Origin: Hyphochytrium catenoides
Lineage: Eukaryota; Protista; Hyphochytriomycota
NCBI GenBank assembly: GCA_900088475.1
Contig: FLMG01000615.1
Coordinates: forward strand, 1-36,184
Length of the DNA stretch: 36,184 nt
Direction: 5' to 3'
Shown here: positions 11,801 through 24,023 of the stretch, piece by piece
How the letters are laid out: each line of letters opens with the position of its first letter
Position numbering within the stretch: the stretch's first letter is position 1
The notes under the pieces: generated by a model
Seen by the model: only the letters and a program-made list of their open reading frames with translations
The model's database searches: none
Told to the model about the DNA's origin: nothing
Made by a program: the position numbers and the translations under genes

Positions 11801-14073
11801 ATTTTCCCCTCCTTGTAAAGAATTGCCGATGAGGAGAGCTATCACTGATACTTTGGGCCTTGAGCCACGAACAACAATGTCCCATTTGACCGTTAGGCCT
11901 ATTGTTATCAGTCGTCGCCGCGACCGTTCTGCGAGTTGATTGCATACTTCATAAACCTGCAGTTCATTGACCAGCTCGGAAGTTGAAGTTAACAGGCCTG
12001 GTGGCAGTTCCACACCGCCTGTTTGAGGTCTGCGATTCCTCTCTGCCTCCTCTCTAACTGCCTGTGGGTCGTCAAAAAAGACTCTGTTCCAGAGCGGGGC
12101 ATCACTGTAACGAAATGTTGTATATTAGTTCTCCTCACGGTCCCGCAATTGACAAAATGTTACCTGCAGCAGTTGTCGACATACACTGCTTGTACAGTCA
12201 TATTCTCTCGGCCCTTCAAGCCCTTCAAGAAAGGCTCATACTCCTCATGGGTCCCCTTGGAAGGAGTCAAGAGGTGATTTAAGACAACTCCGTCTTCATT
12301 CATGACAGTATAGAGTTCTTTCCCGTATTGGGAGCCTCCAAGATACAGCTTCTTCGCAAACTTGAAGTTGCCATCGGCCTTTAGCACCTAAGATAACATG
12401 CTTAAGTTAGCAGCTACTCATTGATACGGATCGTCTGTCCTAGTTACCTTCCCTCCATGTTGCTGTTGTTGCTTCTTTAGGAAGAGTTCCCGACTCTGAA
12501 GGTCCAACTCTGCAACCGTGCTAAGGTAGAAGACACTTGGTAGCTTCCCACAATAGTGCTGAGGATCAGTCCAGTCTTCTGACCACTTAATCGGATTCTG
12601 GGCAAGAGCTCTCGCTCCAAGCATCATGTTATCGTCATCACTTGCCCGACTACAAGCCACTGCAGATGCCCATATAGTGCCGCTTCTGATCCACTTATTC
12701 TTGTAGCGATCGCGCAATACCCTTTGATACGCAGCCACTCCCCCAAGCGATGGGTCTCCCATAAAGAGACGAAGCTCTCTAACGGCATTCAGGTCTATTC
12801 CTGCTCGATAGGTCAGGAGCGCGGGGAAAAGTCTTCTCACATGAAGAGGCAATTGATCAAGAACGCCGGAATCATATCCATTAAAAGTGCGACCCCCACA
12901 TCTTTCACTACTGCACTTGTACCTCCGACAAGTGAGATAGTACCAGTCATCGAGGCCAAAGATGGTCCTCGGGAACTGCAATTGAACGCCAAGAACGAAT
13001 AATGTGAGTGTAGGGACGCAAACCCTCGCTTCGATTAACTCTCATTTGCTCACATACCTTCGCACTCCAGCCCTCGTTGGTCACATGATGGTTGTCTTTA
13101 CAAAACGGACAGGGTGGGACTCCAGATGGAAAGTCCTCTGGAAGAACACATTCCGGCCACCAGAGAAATATCGGCCGTTTGTAGTAGTTGGGAGGATTGA
13201 GTGCTCTGCCTTCAATACCAGGGGCTACGAAGGGATGAGGGGGATCAATGATGAAAAGTTCCCTATCTATTAGGCCCAGCCATTTAGATCTTCGGTCGGG
13301 ATCATTTGCTTGAATTCCTCTCACCTTGGCCATTTTAGCCATCACCCATGGCCCGTTCACGGAGCTTTGAGCCCCTGTAAAGGCATTACGGCGAGTTGCC
13401 TGCTGTCTCTCCCTGCCCCTTTCCCCATGCGGACCAGCCGCACCATCTCTGATCTCACGGTCTCCTCTACCAAGCCTACCACGTCGCTCGCCACCATCCA
13501 TAATATCGCCTATGCGGGCGTCCGCTGCTCCCGCATCATCCTCTTCGTTTCCGTCACCCCAAGGCCCTTCCTCCCTTCCGTTGTCTAGGCATACTTCTCC
13601 GTCATACTCTTCAAGATTATCAGGAGTCCGTCCATTTACTCCGTTCATACCCTCCAGAACCTCTCTATGCAACGCTGGCGGGTTTTGCGCTCCAACATCC
13701 GCAACAGCGACATACGCATCTTCGGGGTTAGCGCCTATTTATGAGCAGGACATGGTGGTAGATGCAGTGATCAGATAGATGATGATGGTGCAACGATGTA
13801 GCATTATCACAAGCTCTTCTCCAGCGATCAAAACAATGCCAGTGGATTTGTGGGATTCTGACCTGGCGGTAAATCCTGCTGCGGGTCTCTATCCGGTCCC
13901 CCATGATGTCCCCTTTGCGGTTGGGGCTGGAAGTCTTCATCGGCGCCAATGATAGCAGCTGCTGCAAGGCCTCTGCGATGCTCTAGCTCTTGGCGCTGGC
14001 GACGGACTGGACACGTGCGCTTATTATGTCCTTGCTGATGGCAGACGCCACAGTGCTGATTCAACCTTGTCAT
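8880..14073 (-). mobile_element. Intron-containing DDE transposase gene (DxxH-type, Mutator/ISL3-like motif order, DUF6729-like Cys domain) with inserted 3'-5' exonuclease-like domain; probably disrupted
   Basis: Phase-compatible GT-AG introns at 13735-13862, 12976-13057, 12388-12447, 12105-12163 and 10430-10515 join the minus-strand ORFs. Motif order: CCHC knuckle 'CGVCHQQGHNKRTC'; Cys domain 'FLWWPE...CPFC...RTIFGLDDWYYLTCRRYKCSSERC...LDQLP'; D1 'VLKADGNFK'; 'LYTVMNEDG'; D2 'YVDNCC'; exonuclease fold; 'QDCLH'; 'RGTSDLEGYHKHL'; C-terminal Cys/His cluster. Frameshift near 10178 and unresolved junctions at 11042-11220. No TIR/TSD found by eye. Confidence 0.8.
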
Positions 14074-16076
14074 CCTCCAGCCACCCTATTTGTAAAGTTA
14101 TCCGTTGAAAGAGAGTAAGCAGAAGGAGCAGGTAAGAGGATGCGATGATGATAGAAGAGTTTGAGATCCTACATCAGTAAGAAAGCAAGCGGACAACGCA
14201 ACAACAGACGATAGAAGAAGCTTTTGCTTGGCTTCGATTGCATTCAATGTCTTGCATCTTCTGACTTTCTTCTTGTTGCCAGGTGAAGAAGCAGTGACAG
14301 TGACAATAAAGTAATCTTTTTTATTAGCCTTTATAAGGCATGCAGCAGTAGCAGCAGCAGCAGTTCAGTAGTGCACCAAATTGTATTCAAGCTCTGCGAA
14401 TGGGCTCTAAAGCCGTCTCTAGATACTGCTCCTCCTTCTGTCATCGGAAAAGCTGGAGAAGGAGAGGGGGAGCAAAGATCTTTCGAACCAGCTGTAGGCT
14501 CATCCAGCATGCTTTATATCCTAGATTTGTCGTGTCATAATTTGGGAGAGTATCCACCTGTATCATTCTGAGTGCCATTTATATAGAATATATACGTAAG
14601 TGTTAGCCCGTCATTTTGTTACCAGTTTCATCAAACATGAATTCCTGGATCTAGTGCACGTAGCTGTACAGGTTCATCTATTGTACTAGGCCAATACCAT
14701 ATCGGCATGCCACTTTGACGTTTGGTAATGACTCAGGCCGTACCGATGAAGCAACTCCCGAGATTTCTGCAGTTTGTCTGCAGTCTGGTCCTGAAAAGTT
14801 TGAAGAGTCACAAGCTTGGTCACAAGACGAAGCTTTGTCCCGATGACAATGGTGCAGGAAGCAGACAACAGACAACCCTGTCCATACAAGCTGATCGGCG
14901 AAGGTCCTGGAGGATAGTAGAATTGTGGGCATTGAAGGAAGGTGCTGGGCACCTTTGAGACCCAGCCTGCTGATAGAGAAGGAGTTTATCTTAAATGCCG
15001 TAGAGCTTCAGGAAGATACTGCCGTGAAGGATCTCCATGCCTTTTTAAAAGAAGGTAGGTGATGGCTAACGCCAAGCGGCAGCAGGGTTCATGCGAACTC
15101 AAAGCTAGCTCATTACTACTGCGCGTACTGAGGTGCCATTAGTGAGTTTGACCACGCCATGAGTCTAATCGTGATACCCTCAATAGCGGACACGTCATAG
15201 AGGATTGAGCTTCTAACTGTAAAGAAGGGCATTTCTCTGTAGTCAGAGTCTACTCTCAGCAATACTCTATTATTTAGTGAAGGGTTGTCTCAATTCTTGG
15301 TATCTACCGTTGCGTCGGTGCAGCCCTAGTCACAGCACCTGGGAGACCTGATGAGGTCGTCAATGGTGCTTGGACGATGTGGGCCACAAGGGCCGAGATG
15401 AGGGGGCTGTAAGAACGTATAGTAACAATTACATCAGCCTAAAGAATGATACTATCAAACTAGAAGAGAGCTGACAAGATAATAAGCCTGTTAGGAGGCA
15501 CTATAAAACGACAGCGCTTGGCAACTATGAGAACGGGCTTTCACCTGAGTTAGCCATCTGCATAGTCCTTGACGGTACAGGTGACCGGCTACCAACGCAA
15601 GTTGACGGACAAGTAACGATAGAAGAAACGTTGAGACCGTGGTTTGAGCTCGAACCTGCCACATGCAGCTCCAAAACGTCTACATAGCACTCAACATCGT
15701 TAGATCCGTCCGAGTGATCTAGATAGAGAAGCGCAAGGAATGTAAACTCAAGAGGGTCATATGTCACATCCAAATGACGTCTCAGCGTCAACCTATTCCC
15801 TGCGTACTTTCTGAAAGGAGGCTGCTGGTGTACAGACCCATACATTATTAGAGATAGAGGCCAATTCATGAGCCAGAAGGCTAAGATCTACATCGCTCAG
15901 AGCGATCGACAGAGGAATAATTTATAGTCATTTCAAATAAATAAAAAAAAGGGTAAACACCCTGACAGCACATAGAGAAGCACTTCCTCTAATGAAGTGT
16001 GGGCTTGGTGACAGTCCCGCTCCCAGCAGCCAGAACTCTACTGCTCCGTTGTGAGAGCCTATCAGCCTGCTGAGAT

Positions 16077-17355
16077 CTAAGGATATTCTATGACGAGCGG
16101 TAGCTTTGGAGGCATGCCAAGTGCTTTAGATAAAGCTTCGTTCTCTTCGGTAAGCCGGATGACCCGATGCAGAGCGTTACGTCTATCTTGCTCCAAATCT
16201 TGCATCTTCTTGGCGCTGTACTCTACGTACTGCTCCATTTCGTCCTGGTACTCCATCGCTCTGAGGAGAAGCTCTTGAGCAAGTTCCAGATCCCTTTGTT
16301 GGGCCTGTACCTGTTCCTCTAGCGCCTGAAGGCGATCCTTGCTCTCATCTGTCATTGTCCCCACACTAACCCCTGTCTCCTTGATAAAAGACGAAGCGCA
16401 GCTATCCGTAAGGTCACTGTCCACGGTCGTAACCGTTGATTCAGAGTCCCGAAAGTCCATACTGCTGGTCTTTTCGCCTTTCTTCTGAAACGATATTCTA
16501 AGTTTGTTCGTCATTCTCTTTAGAGGACCTGAGGGACGCTCCTCACTTGAACGGCGTAGGACGGCCTCTGTCACTCTTCTCTGCACCTCAGCATCTATGC
16601 TAGATTCCAGAGCAGAGAGCTTGGTCTCTGTTGCCTTCTGCTTTTCCTCCCATTCCTTCTCTTTCTCTGCTAACCGCCGTGCCATTTCGTAGTTGATTAT
16701 GCCTTCTATGTCTGTCTGCTTCATCAGGGCTTTTTCTGTTAAAGATCGCTCCACGTTCGATAACTTGGCCTGACAGAGAAAGAAATGACACTGCGTCAGT
16801 CGCTATTGCTGGGAACAAAAACTCGATAACCAAGTGTTGCTTACCTGTAGGTCAAACAGAGCCTTCTCCGCCTCTTCTGAGGCGATGACCATGCCCGACA
16901 TCCGGCCTGTTACTGTCATTCTGCTACTAGGAGAACCTTTCCGCTTTGACTGCCTTGACAAAGGACCGATGTCGTCGTCATCACTGCTTTCCTCATCACT
17001 AGAGGTAGGTCCATCATTGTCCTCATCTACAGTACGACGAAGGCCGACGACAACATGAGTTTAAGCTAAACAATAGCTTTTCTGCGCCAAGATCTCGTCT
17101 TGCACAGCACTTACCGGCCATCATCTTAAGCTTGATCGCATGGTACTGACGCTCTAATCGTCTTTGTTCATCTTCATCGAGGTCATCGCTTGAGGACTGA
17201 ATCTTTTTCATGTGAATAGCCTTGGCAGACTGCACCATTGTCGCCCTCCAATCTCCAGAGTACGAGTGAGAATGTGGTGTCTCGATCATTGACGCCGAGC
17301 GTGACGTCTTGACCGGCGCGCTCGCAGCTGAGCTGCGACGGAGAAGCAAACTCAT
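16077..17355 (-). CDS. Uncharacterised coiled-coil protein, 3 exons
   Basis: Phase-compatible exons 17355-17115, 17026-16845, 16769-16077 with GTAAGT and GTAAGC donors. E/K/Q-rich heptad-like segments ('LQALEEQVQAQQRDLELAQELL') and acidic/Ser-rich linkers. Confidence 0.8.
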
Positions 17356-19759
17356 GCTTCCCTCTTCTATCCAAGAACTCTTCTATTGTCAGAAAACTGA
17401 AGCTTTGTACACAACCATCTACAGTCCAATCTTCATAAATCTTCGAAATGCAGTAACCCCAATGTCTGCCCAATCTGCGGATGGAGCTGAGCTGTGGATG
17501 CCGCCAGCAGTCCGAAGAGTGGAGACTGAGAGTGAGCTCAAGTGCGTGTCTGCGTCTGTAATACAGAGGGTCTAGTGCTTGAGATGTCGACTTTCTCTTC
17601 TATCTCCGGCTATCGGCTGCTGCTGCTGCTGCTACTGCCACTGAACTTTCTCTTCCTCTTATGACCTGGGCTCTTCAGACGCTCTGGCTGTTTGCTGTTG
17701 GAGTCTTCTGCAAATATGTTGGGTCAGGTTTCCCCTGTCCCACAAGGTCTTTACCCGCTGATGTTGAGCCTATCGCTTTGGTCTGCACTGTGTAGCTCGC
17801 TCTTTCCCCTTCCTCACCTACACTCCCTAACTCTGTGTGAAGCGTATGGTGCAGTAATAATACCTCTAGCAAGGAAGGGCTTATGGGCGTTATTATAGTA
17901 GTAATACCTTACTAGATAAATTTAGCAAGTGCAGTGAGTGCCCTCTCTTCCCTAGCTGGGAGAAACACCCAGGGTTCAACTTTACAAATATTTGTTAGAT
18001 AAGGAAGCGCCTTTGCCTCTAAGGGTGAGGGGATATTCCCCTATGGGGCTTAGAGAGTGGCTTTCGTGGCACAATGTTACATGACAGGGCTCTGTACAGC
18101 TGAGGAAGGTGGAAGAAGAGAGAGCGTGTGTGAGAGAAAGAGTCAGATGACATGGCAAGTTTATCATTGAGGCCTTGGGAGGAGAAAGAAAGGGGTCTGG
18201 GTCGTTCTCTCCAAGCTTGTAGGCTGGCTCATCAGATGTGCGAAAGAAGAAAGAGAGAACTTTGGAAAGGGAGAACAGTGAGAACAGTGGGGGAAAAAAA
18301 TGTCTTGTTATCCTGTCATCGCGCTTCCACCAGCCCACTGGCTCTCAGGTGGTTAGGAAAGCGTCGTCGTAGCTTGTGACCCAAAAGGTAGGAGAGAAAG
18401 GGAGGGAGGACAGAGCGAAGTGAAGCGGCGTTTAGAAACATACACAGAGCTGGGCAAGTGGCACTTTCTCACCTATTCTCTCCTCCTCTCTCTCTTTCTT
18501 TCCTCCGCATCTCTCCCGCCACCTGAGAAGAGTCTTATGACACTGCTGGCTATCAGGGTCTTTCTCTTTCTCTCCTCTCAACTCCTAGTTGCTCCTCCTC
18601 ACTTTTGTGTGGTGTGTAGAAACGTATCCTTTCCCGTTTCTTTCCGGCAAGCTCTCTAACGTTTGGCTCTTCTACTCATAGCCTAAGTATTTCTTAGTCC
18701 CGTCCCTTTCTGTCTTAGTCATGAAAAGTTGCTACAATTTCAAATGCAGTTTTACTCAGGAAGACCAGTGTTCAAATATGACGGATGGAGAGAGAGAGCT
18801 AAGCTTCGTCCACACTTTCCGAGGGACGAGAGCGAAGGAAGAGATAGAGAGGCTTGAGACTTTTACAAAGAGTTTGGCAAAGGATGGGCCAAGGTTCTCA
18901 GGTCTGGTTGTCACTAACTCTCACTGTCACTTTCCCTTATGGAGACACTAGGATCTCTGTCTCTCTCTCTCTGGCGTAGCTCTCTCATCCCTTCCCCCTG
19001 ATTGAATATCCTCATTAGAGACTATGTGATGCGACTGGAGCGGACAGAAAATTTGAAGGTTGTGCCTTCTGTGAAAGATTCTTTCGTAGTGTCACGCTCA
19101 ATCGACAAAGGACGAGGAGGAAGGGAACAGCAGCGATGGCCAAACCTACGGATTAGGGACTGACGCTGATGGGCAAAAAATGGCACCCGTACATTAGGAC
19201 AAGGGCTTCTTCAAACCCTGCTAAACTCGAAAGAAAGGGTGTACTTTCGATAAGTAACAGAAGCCAGTCAATGCTTCTTAGGGACATAGCTGATTGTGCC
19301 ATTATTCTCGGCCTCAATGGAGATTAATCCAAGGCTCAGTTCATAAAAACGGAGCCACCTTATAATTTGGAAGATGTGGTGAGGGTGGGAAGAATGGAAG
19401 GAAATTGAGGGCAGGATAGGAAACCTATTTTTCTTTCTCGTAAAATTCGGGTACAAGTAGGTATGCTACCCAGCTGTAGTCGGCCCAAAGCCTGTCTGTA
19501 AACCCAGATCCTATCCAGTGCGTGGGTGGGGGCGTCAGCATTCCTATTCCACCGTCGGAATGGCCCATCCACCCTGTCCATCAATCGCCAGAAACGGACA
19601 TCAAGGGTACAGTTCAAGCCGTTCTAAAAGCCACTTGGAGGGTGTGAAGGAGAGATACTGGTAGATATAACTAGCTAACGCTCTAGCAGATGGCAGATAG
19701 GGTTATTATGCCATTACAGTCATATTTCCCGCCAGGCCACACACGATCCAAATCTGAAA

Positions 19760-20148
19760 CGTCGTCGTCCTCCTCCTTTGATGAACTGATGTCTCCACCA
19801 GTGGATCTCCACTTCTCCACTGACCGATCCGACAGCAGCAGGATGCAGCAACGGATGGCAGTCCAGACTCTTCAACAATGATGCTTGCAGATTGGCCAGC
19901 TCGAGAACACCGTCGTCTTCCTTCTTTGATGCAATGATGTCTCCACTGATCGATCCAAAAGTAAGACGCAGCTACGGATGGCAATCCAGACTCTTCAACA
20001 ATGATGCTTGCAGATTGGCCAGCTCGAGAACGCCGTCGTCTTCCTTCTTTGATGCAATGATGTCTCCACTGATCGATCCAAAAGTAAGACGCAGCAACGG
20101 ATGGCAATCCAGACTCGTCAACTCTGATGCTTGCAGATTGGCCAGCTA
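19760..20148. repeat. 123-bp tandem repeat, ~2.5 near-identical copies plus a diverged upstream partial copy
   Basis: 'gcaatccagactc' at 19981 and 20104; ORFs on both strands show a 41-aa repeat. Confidence 0.92.
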
Positions 20149-22839
20149 GAGTGCTGAGTTCCCCGAGTGCAATCATCTTCATGCAGAATTTTATAAAGTT
20201 TAGTGGATAGGGTAAGCAGAACACTTACGTTGATGTTTACTGAAGAACGTGAACAAACAAGAAGATTGTGGTAAAAGACAACACTGAAGGGGGAAGAGCC
20301 AGGTCATGCTTCGACAGGTTGATCTCTAAGACTGTTATGAGACCAGATGATTGGTGATGCATCTGCGATAAACCTTTCTTTAGTCGTGGTTCCCTCTGCC
20401 CCCAGTTCAGCCTTCATCATAGCTAGAGCATTTTAAGGGCTTACAGTCCCTCCTACAAACAATTCTTCTACGGTTCCTTATTTGGTAATAACTTGCAAAG
20501 GAACCAGACAAAACAACTTACTTACTACTAATCATCGAAGACGGAAGCGAACCAGTTTGCCAAAGAACTAGTAGCTGTCTAATTTTACCGGCACTAACAG
20601 TAATAGATCTGTAATAGGTTAGACTTCACCACTGACAATGGCCTTATTATCGCGCTCGCTACTCGCAGCATCCCTGACATTGATGTCAGTAGTCGTAACA
20701 AGCTTGTTTGCAATCTAGTAGTGCTTCTTGAAGTCTTCAGACAAAACATCAGCTACCTTAGGAACTATGTTCCCTATTCTTACAGCAACATTCCCTCCTT
20801 ACCGAAGCTAAAGCTAAATATTTATTCTTTCTTTACGGTGGCCAACCACGCACTGCTATACTGCCATCTGTAGTCTCAGACTGTTTGAACACCGGATCTG
20901 TTGGAATACTGGATTGCCTTCGGCTAAAAGCTTTTCTTCGTGCGATCGGTGCAATCTCTTATCGCTTTGACGAGTCATCGTTATTGGTCTTCGACAAACT
21001 GGCCGCTATCCTTCTGTTGGTTTGGGTGTTCTGGACCGATGCGGAAGGGTGATCATGCCTTTTCCCATCTGGTAAATGGTAGTTCTTGCATATAGTAGTG
21101 CGTGGTAGTAGTTGGGTGAAAGAAGCAACACCACTTGCGTAGGCCCAGCCTGGCTCAAACCCGATCGGGGGATGTCGTGGATAGATGAACTCCTCTACTA
21201 GTGTCCCTCAAACGCAGATCCCTCCAATATAGTCTGTTGCTTCTCCCTCTCTTTACACTTCCACTCCAGAACGAGAAGGAGCCAACAATACAAATGAATG
21301 GGGGCATATAACGTCTTTCACCGCAGTCCCCAAAGCCACATTAAGTCCTCCAGTTTCTCATTGCCTTTCCCCTTCCTTGACAGGAACGTTACACTCTTTC
21401 ATCTTGCCGCAAGCAAACCTAATGATGAAGGGACCAATTCCGGCCATTCCGAAGGGAAGCTCCAAGTCCAAGCCTTTGTGGCAGCTCCAGTCCTAAAAAA
21501 AAAAAAGACGATTGCTTAACTACTTCGTACTAAAACTCACAGCGCACGTGGAAGTGGATGTATTTCCTAGCCTAGCTAGCGGTCATTTAGTCATTTGGCC
21601 CCGACTGCCGGCCGCCTCGCCAATAGACCTGCTGCTGCCTTGCCGACAAGTCGATGTTGCTTCTCGCCCTCATGTTAGCAAAAGACGGTTAGAGGATAGA
21701 CGCTCGGGCACCACTATGGATGGCATGAACAGAAGCTAGCGTGGAAACTTATAGCTGTTCCGGACCATGCAGCGTAGTAAAAGGGTCCACCAATACCGTC
21801 TTTTACAAAGAGGCTCGTCCTCTACGCTATGACGCATTCCCTCTCCTTCCCATACGCATCCCTGTTCAATATACCTAACCAAGTAAGATGACGTGGCTCA
21901 ACTCTTCTTCCAGAGCGCGATGCGCGATGATCGCGTCTTGCTTCTTCTTGATAGAGTTGTTCCAGGTGAGCTACCACAGGAGGACAACTTTCTTGTTAGA
22001 TCGCTAGAGATAACGGTCAGAACATCAGAACGCAAACTCACGAAACATTTCCGAAAAATATTCCAGGAGGTGAATACTTCACACGAAGGTGGGGTGAAAG
22101 CGCCGATGGGGCGGGTGATCAAACTAGCGCCAAGTCTTACACAATGTATGTAGATGCGGGTGGGCTCATGTGGCAGATAACACCTTCCTGGACATAACTT
22201 TGGGGAGTGGAGTCTAGACCACTCACTCACGTTCTCTTGGCCTTGATAAGTATACATAAATACTAGGATAAGAGGTTTGAAAAAGCTCTGGTTTATATCA
22301 GCAGGTGCGCTACCCCTAAGAAATGTGGTCAAGTGGAACCATCCTGCGTAGTAAGACTCGATGGTACACTTAAGCCCTGTAATACCCATGATGAGTGTAA
22401 TAGTGGTTCAAGTAAGTAGCAGGTGAGTGCCTGATGCAGAAGCGCCAACCGCGGCCCTCGAGCCGCCGACGGTGCTCCCCCAGCTCACAGTTCATCGTTT
22501 CCAATCTCGATTTCTATTTGAAGCTTTATGGAGCTTTGAGAAGAAAAATCAGACAAGCTGCAGAAGTGCTATGGAGCAAGTATAGGCAGTCTACGCGATA
22601 GCGAGAACAAATCTACAGGGAGGGAGCTTGGCACCTAGCGCTCATAAGATCCTCAAAGCGAAGGTGGGTCTGGGAATCGTTAGTTTCCCCTGCAAAGCTC
22701 CATCGAAGGCAATCTGCTTGACGTTACATCGTTTCGTGTCCTTTCAGATCTACACGACTTGCTCCTGTCTACCGAAGCTATTGCTACGACAGCTGACCCA
22801 AACTTGAGCGCACCCTTTACTTACTGAAAGAAGGCAGTC

Positions 22840-24023
22840 ATGAGCAGGGGCAAGTGTAAGGTGAAGGATTGCCCCAAGTGGGCTGTTCAGAAGGGGGTCT
22901 GCACAACGCATGGGGCGAAACTCCGCCGATGTAAGATCGAGGGATGTTTGAAGGTTGCAAAGCAGGGCGGCGTGTGTATTGCCCATGGAGCCAAGGTATT
23001 TGGAACCGCCATGGACTATCTATCATTGAGTACTTGCTCAAACGTCCTTACCGACCTCCTTTACAGGTAAAGACTTGCAACGTCGAGAACTGCAGCAAGA
23101 AGGCTAAAGTAGGAGGAATGTGCGCGGCCCACGGAGCAAGTGCGAAGAAATGCTCCGTGGAGAATTGTCCAAAGACTGCTAGACAAGCTGGAGTCTGCGT
23201 TCAACACGGTGCTCGACCAAGGATGTGCACCGTTCCGGATTGTGAGAAATATGCAAAGCAAGGAGGTCTTTGTGTCACACATGGCGCGAAGATTAAGAGG
23301 GGTAGAACGAAGCGAACAGTGATTATTACGGGAGCCAGTAGCCCTGTTGGCACAGCTGCTGCCGTCCATCTTGCCAAGCAGAGGCACCGTCTCTTCCTCG
23401 TCGATAGAGACAGACTACGCCTTGAAGAGGTTGTCAAGAAGTGCTCAACAATGGGTCTTACAACTGCAGATATTGTATGCGGTATTGGCGATATAACCAT
23501 CCCCTCTGAGGTGCAAAGACTCTGTGATGAAGCTGCCAGAGCTTTTCCCAGACATTACGTTGAAGTGGCTGTCCTCAACGCAGGTGTGACCTCTCTTCCC
23601 CAGAATATTGAAGACGTACCGCCTGAAGAGTTTGACAGACAGTTTCTCCTCAACGTAAAGTCCGTCTTCCTCTTCATGAAGTACCTGGTTCCTGCTATGA
23701 AGTTAGGCAGATATGGACAATTCATTGTAACTAGTACTCCAGACGGCTTTAGCGGGACCCCAGGGGCAGCTGTAAATACCTCAACAAAGTACGCAATAGA
23801 GGGCATGGTATCGGCGTTACGCAGTGAACTGAAGGGTACAGGAGTGAAGGCAGCAGTGGTTAACGCATCACCCGCCAACGTCACTTGGAATGGAATTAAG
23901 GATATGAACCTCTTGCAGCCAGAACGGAACTTCCTGATGGATCCTCGGGTGTTTGCGACAGCCATCTCTACACTTGTCAATCAAGGCTCCATGCTTAACA
24001 TGGACAAGATCACGGTGGAGTGA
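22840..24023 (+). CDS. Five Cx4Cx9Cx2HG (WRKY19-like) zinc-finger repeats fused to a short-chain dehydrogenase/reductase-fold domain, 2 exons, ~370 aa
   Basis: Exons 22840-22995 and 23067-24023 (71-nt GT-AG intron, phase 0). Repeats: CKVKDCPKWAVQKGVCTTHG, CKIEGCLKVAKQGGVCIAHG, CNVENCSKKAKVGGMCAAHG, CSVENCPKTARQAGVCVQHG, CTVPDCEKYAKQGGLCVTHG. SDR hallmarks: 'VIITGAS', 'GDIT', 'VLNAG', 'LNVKS', 'KYAIEGMVSALRSELKGTGVKA'. Confidence 0.9.

Noticed and set aside
14360-14375. AGTAGTG resembling a CACTA-type transposon end upstream of the transposase
   Set aside because: No extended inverted partner found on the other side; CACTACT near 7308 matches only 7 bp.
14678-15869. Minus-strand ORF fragments (15525-15869, 14686-14952) that might be a decayed gene
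   Set aside because: No recognisable motif and no consistent exon chain.
18017-18055. Imperfect hairpin ctctaag...aggggatattcccct...cttagag
   Set aside because: Short and isolated, with no supporting element context such as a Helitron end; could be chance.
21095-21175. Weak A-box/B-box-like motifs suggesting a tRNA or SINE head
   Set aside because: No cloverleaf can be folded and the B-box is mismatched (ggctcaaaccc).
20300-22400. Scattered short ORFs that might be a retroelement or pseudogene relic
   Set aside because: No RT, RNase H, integrase or other motif recognised in the frames inspected.
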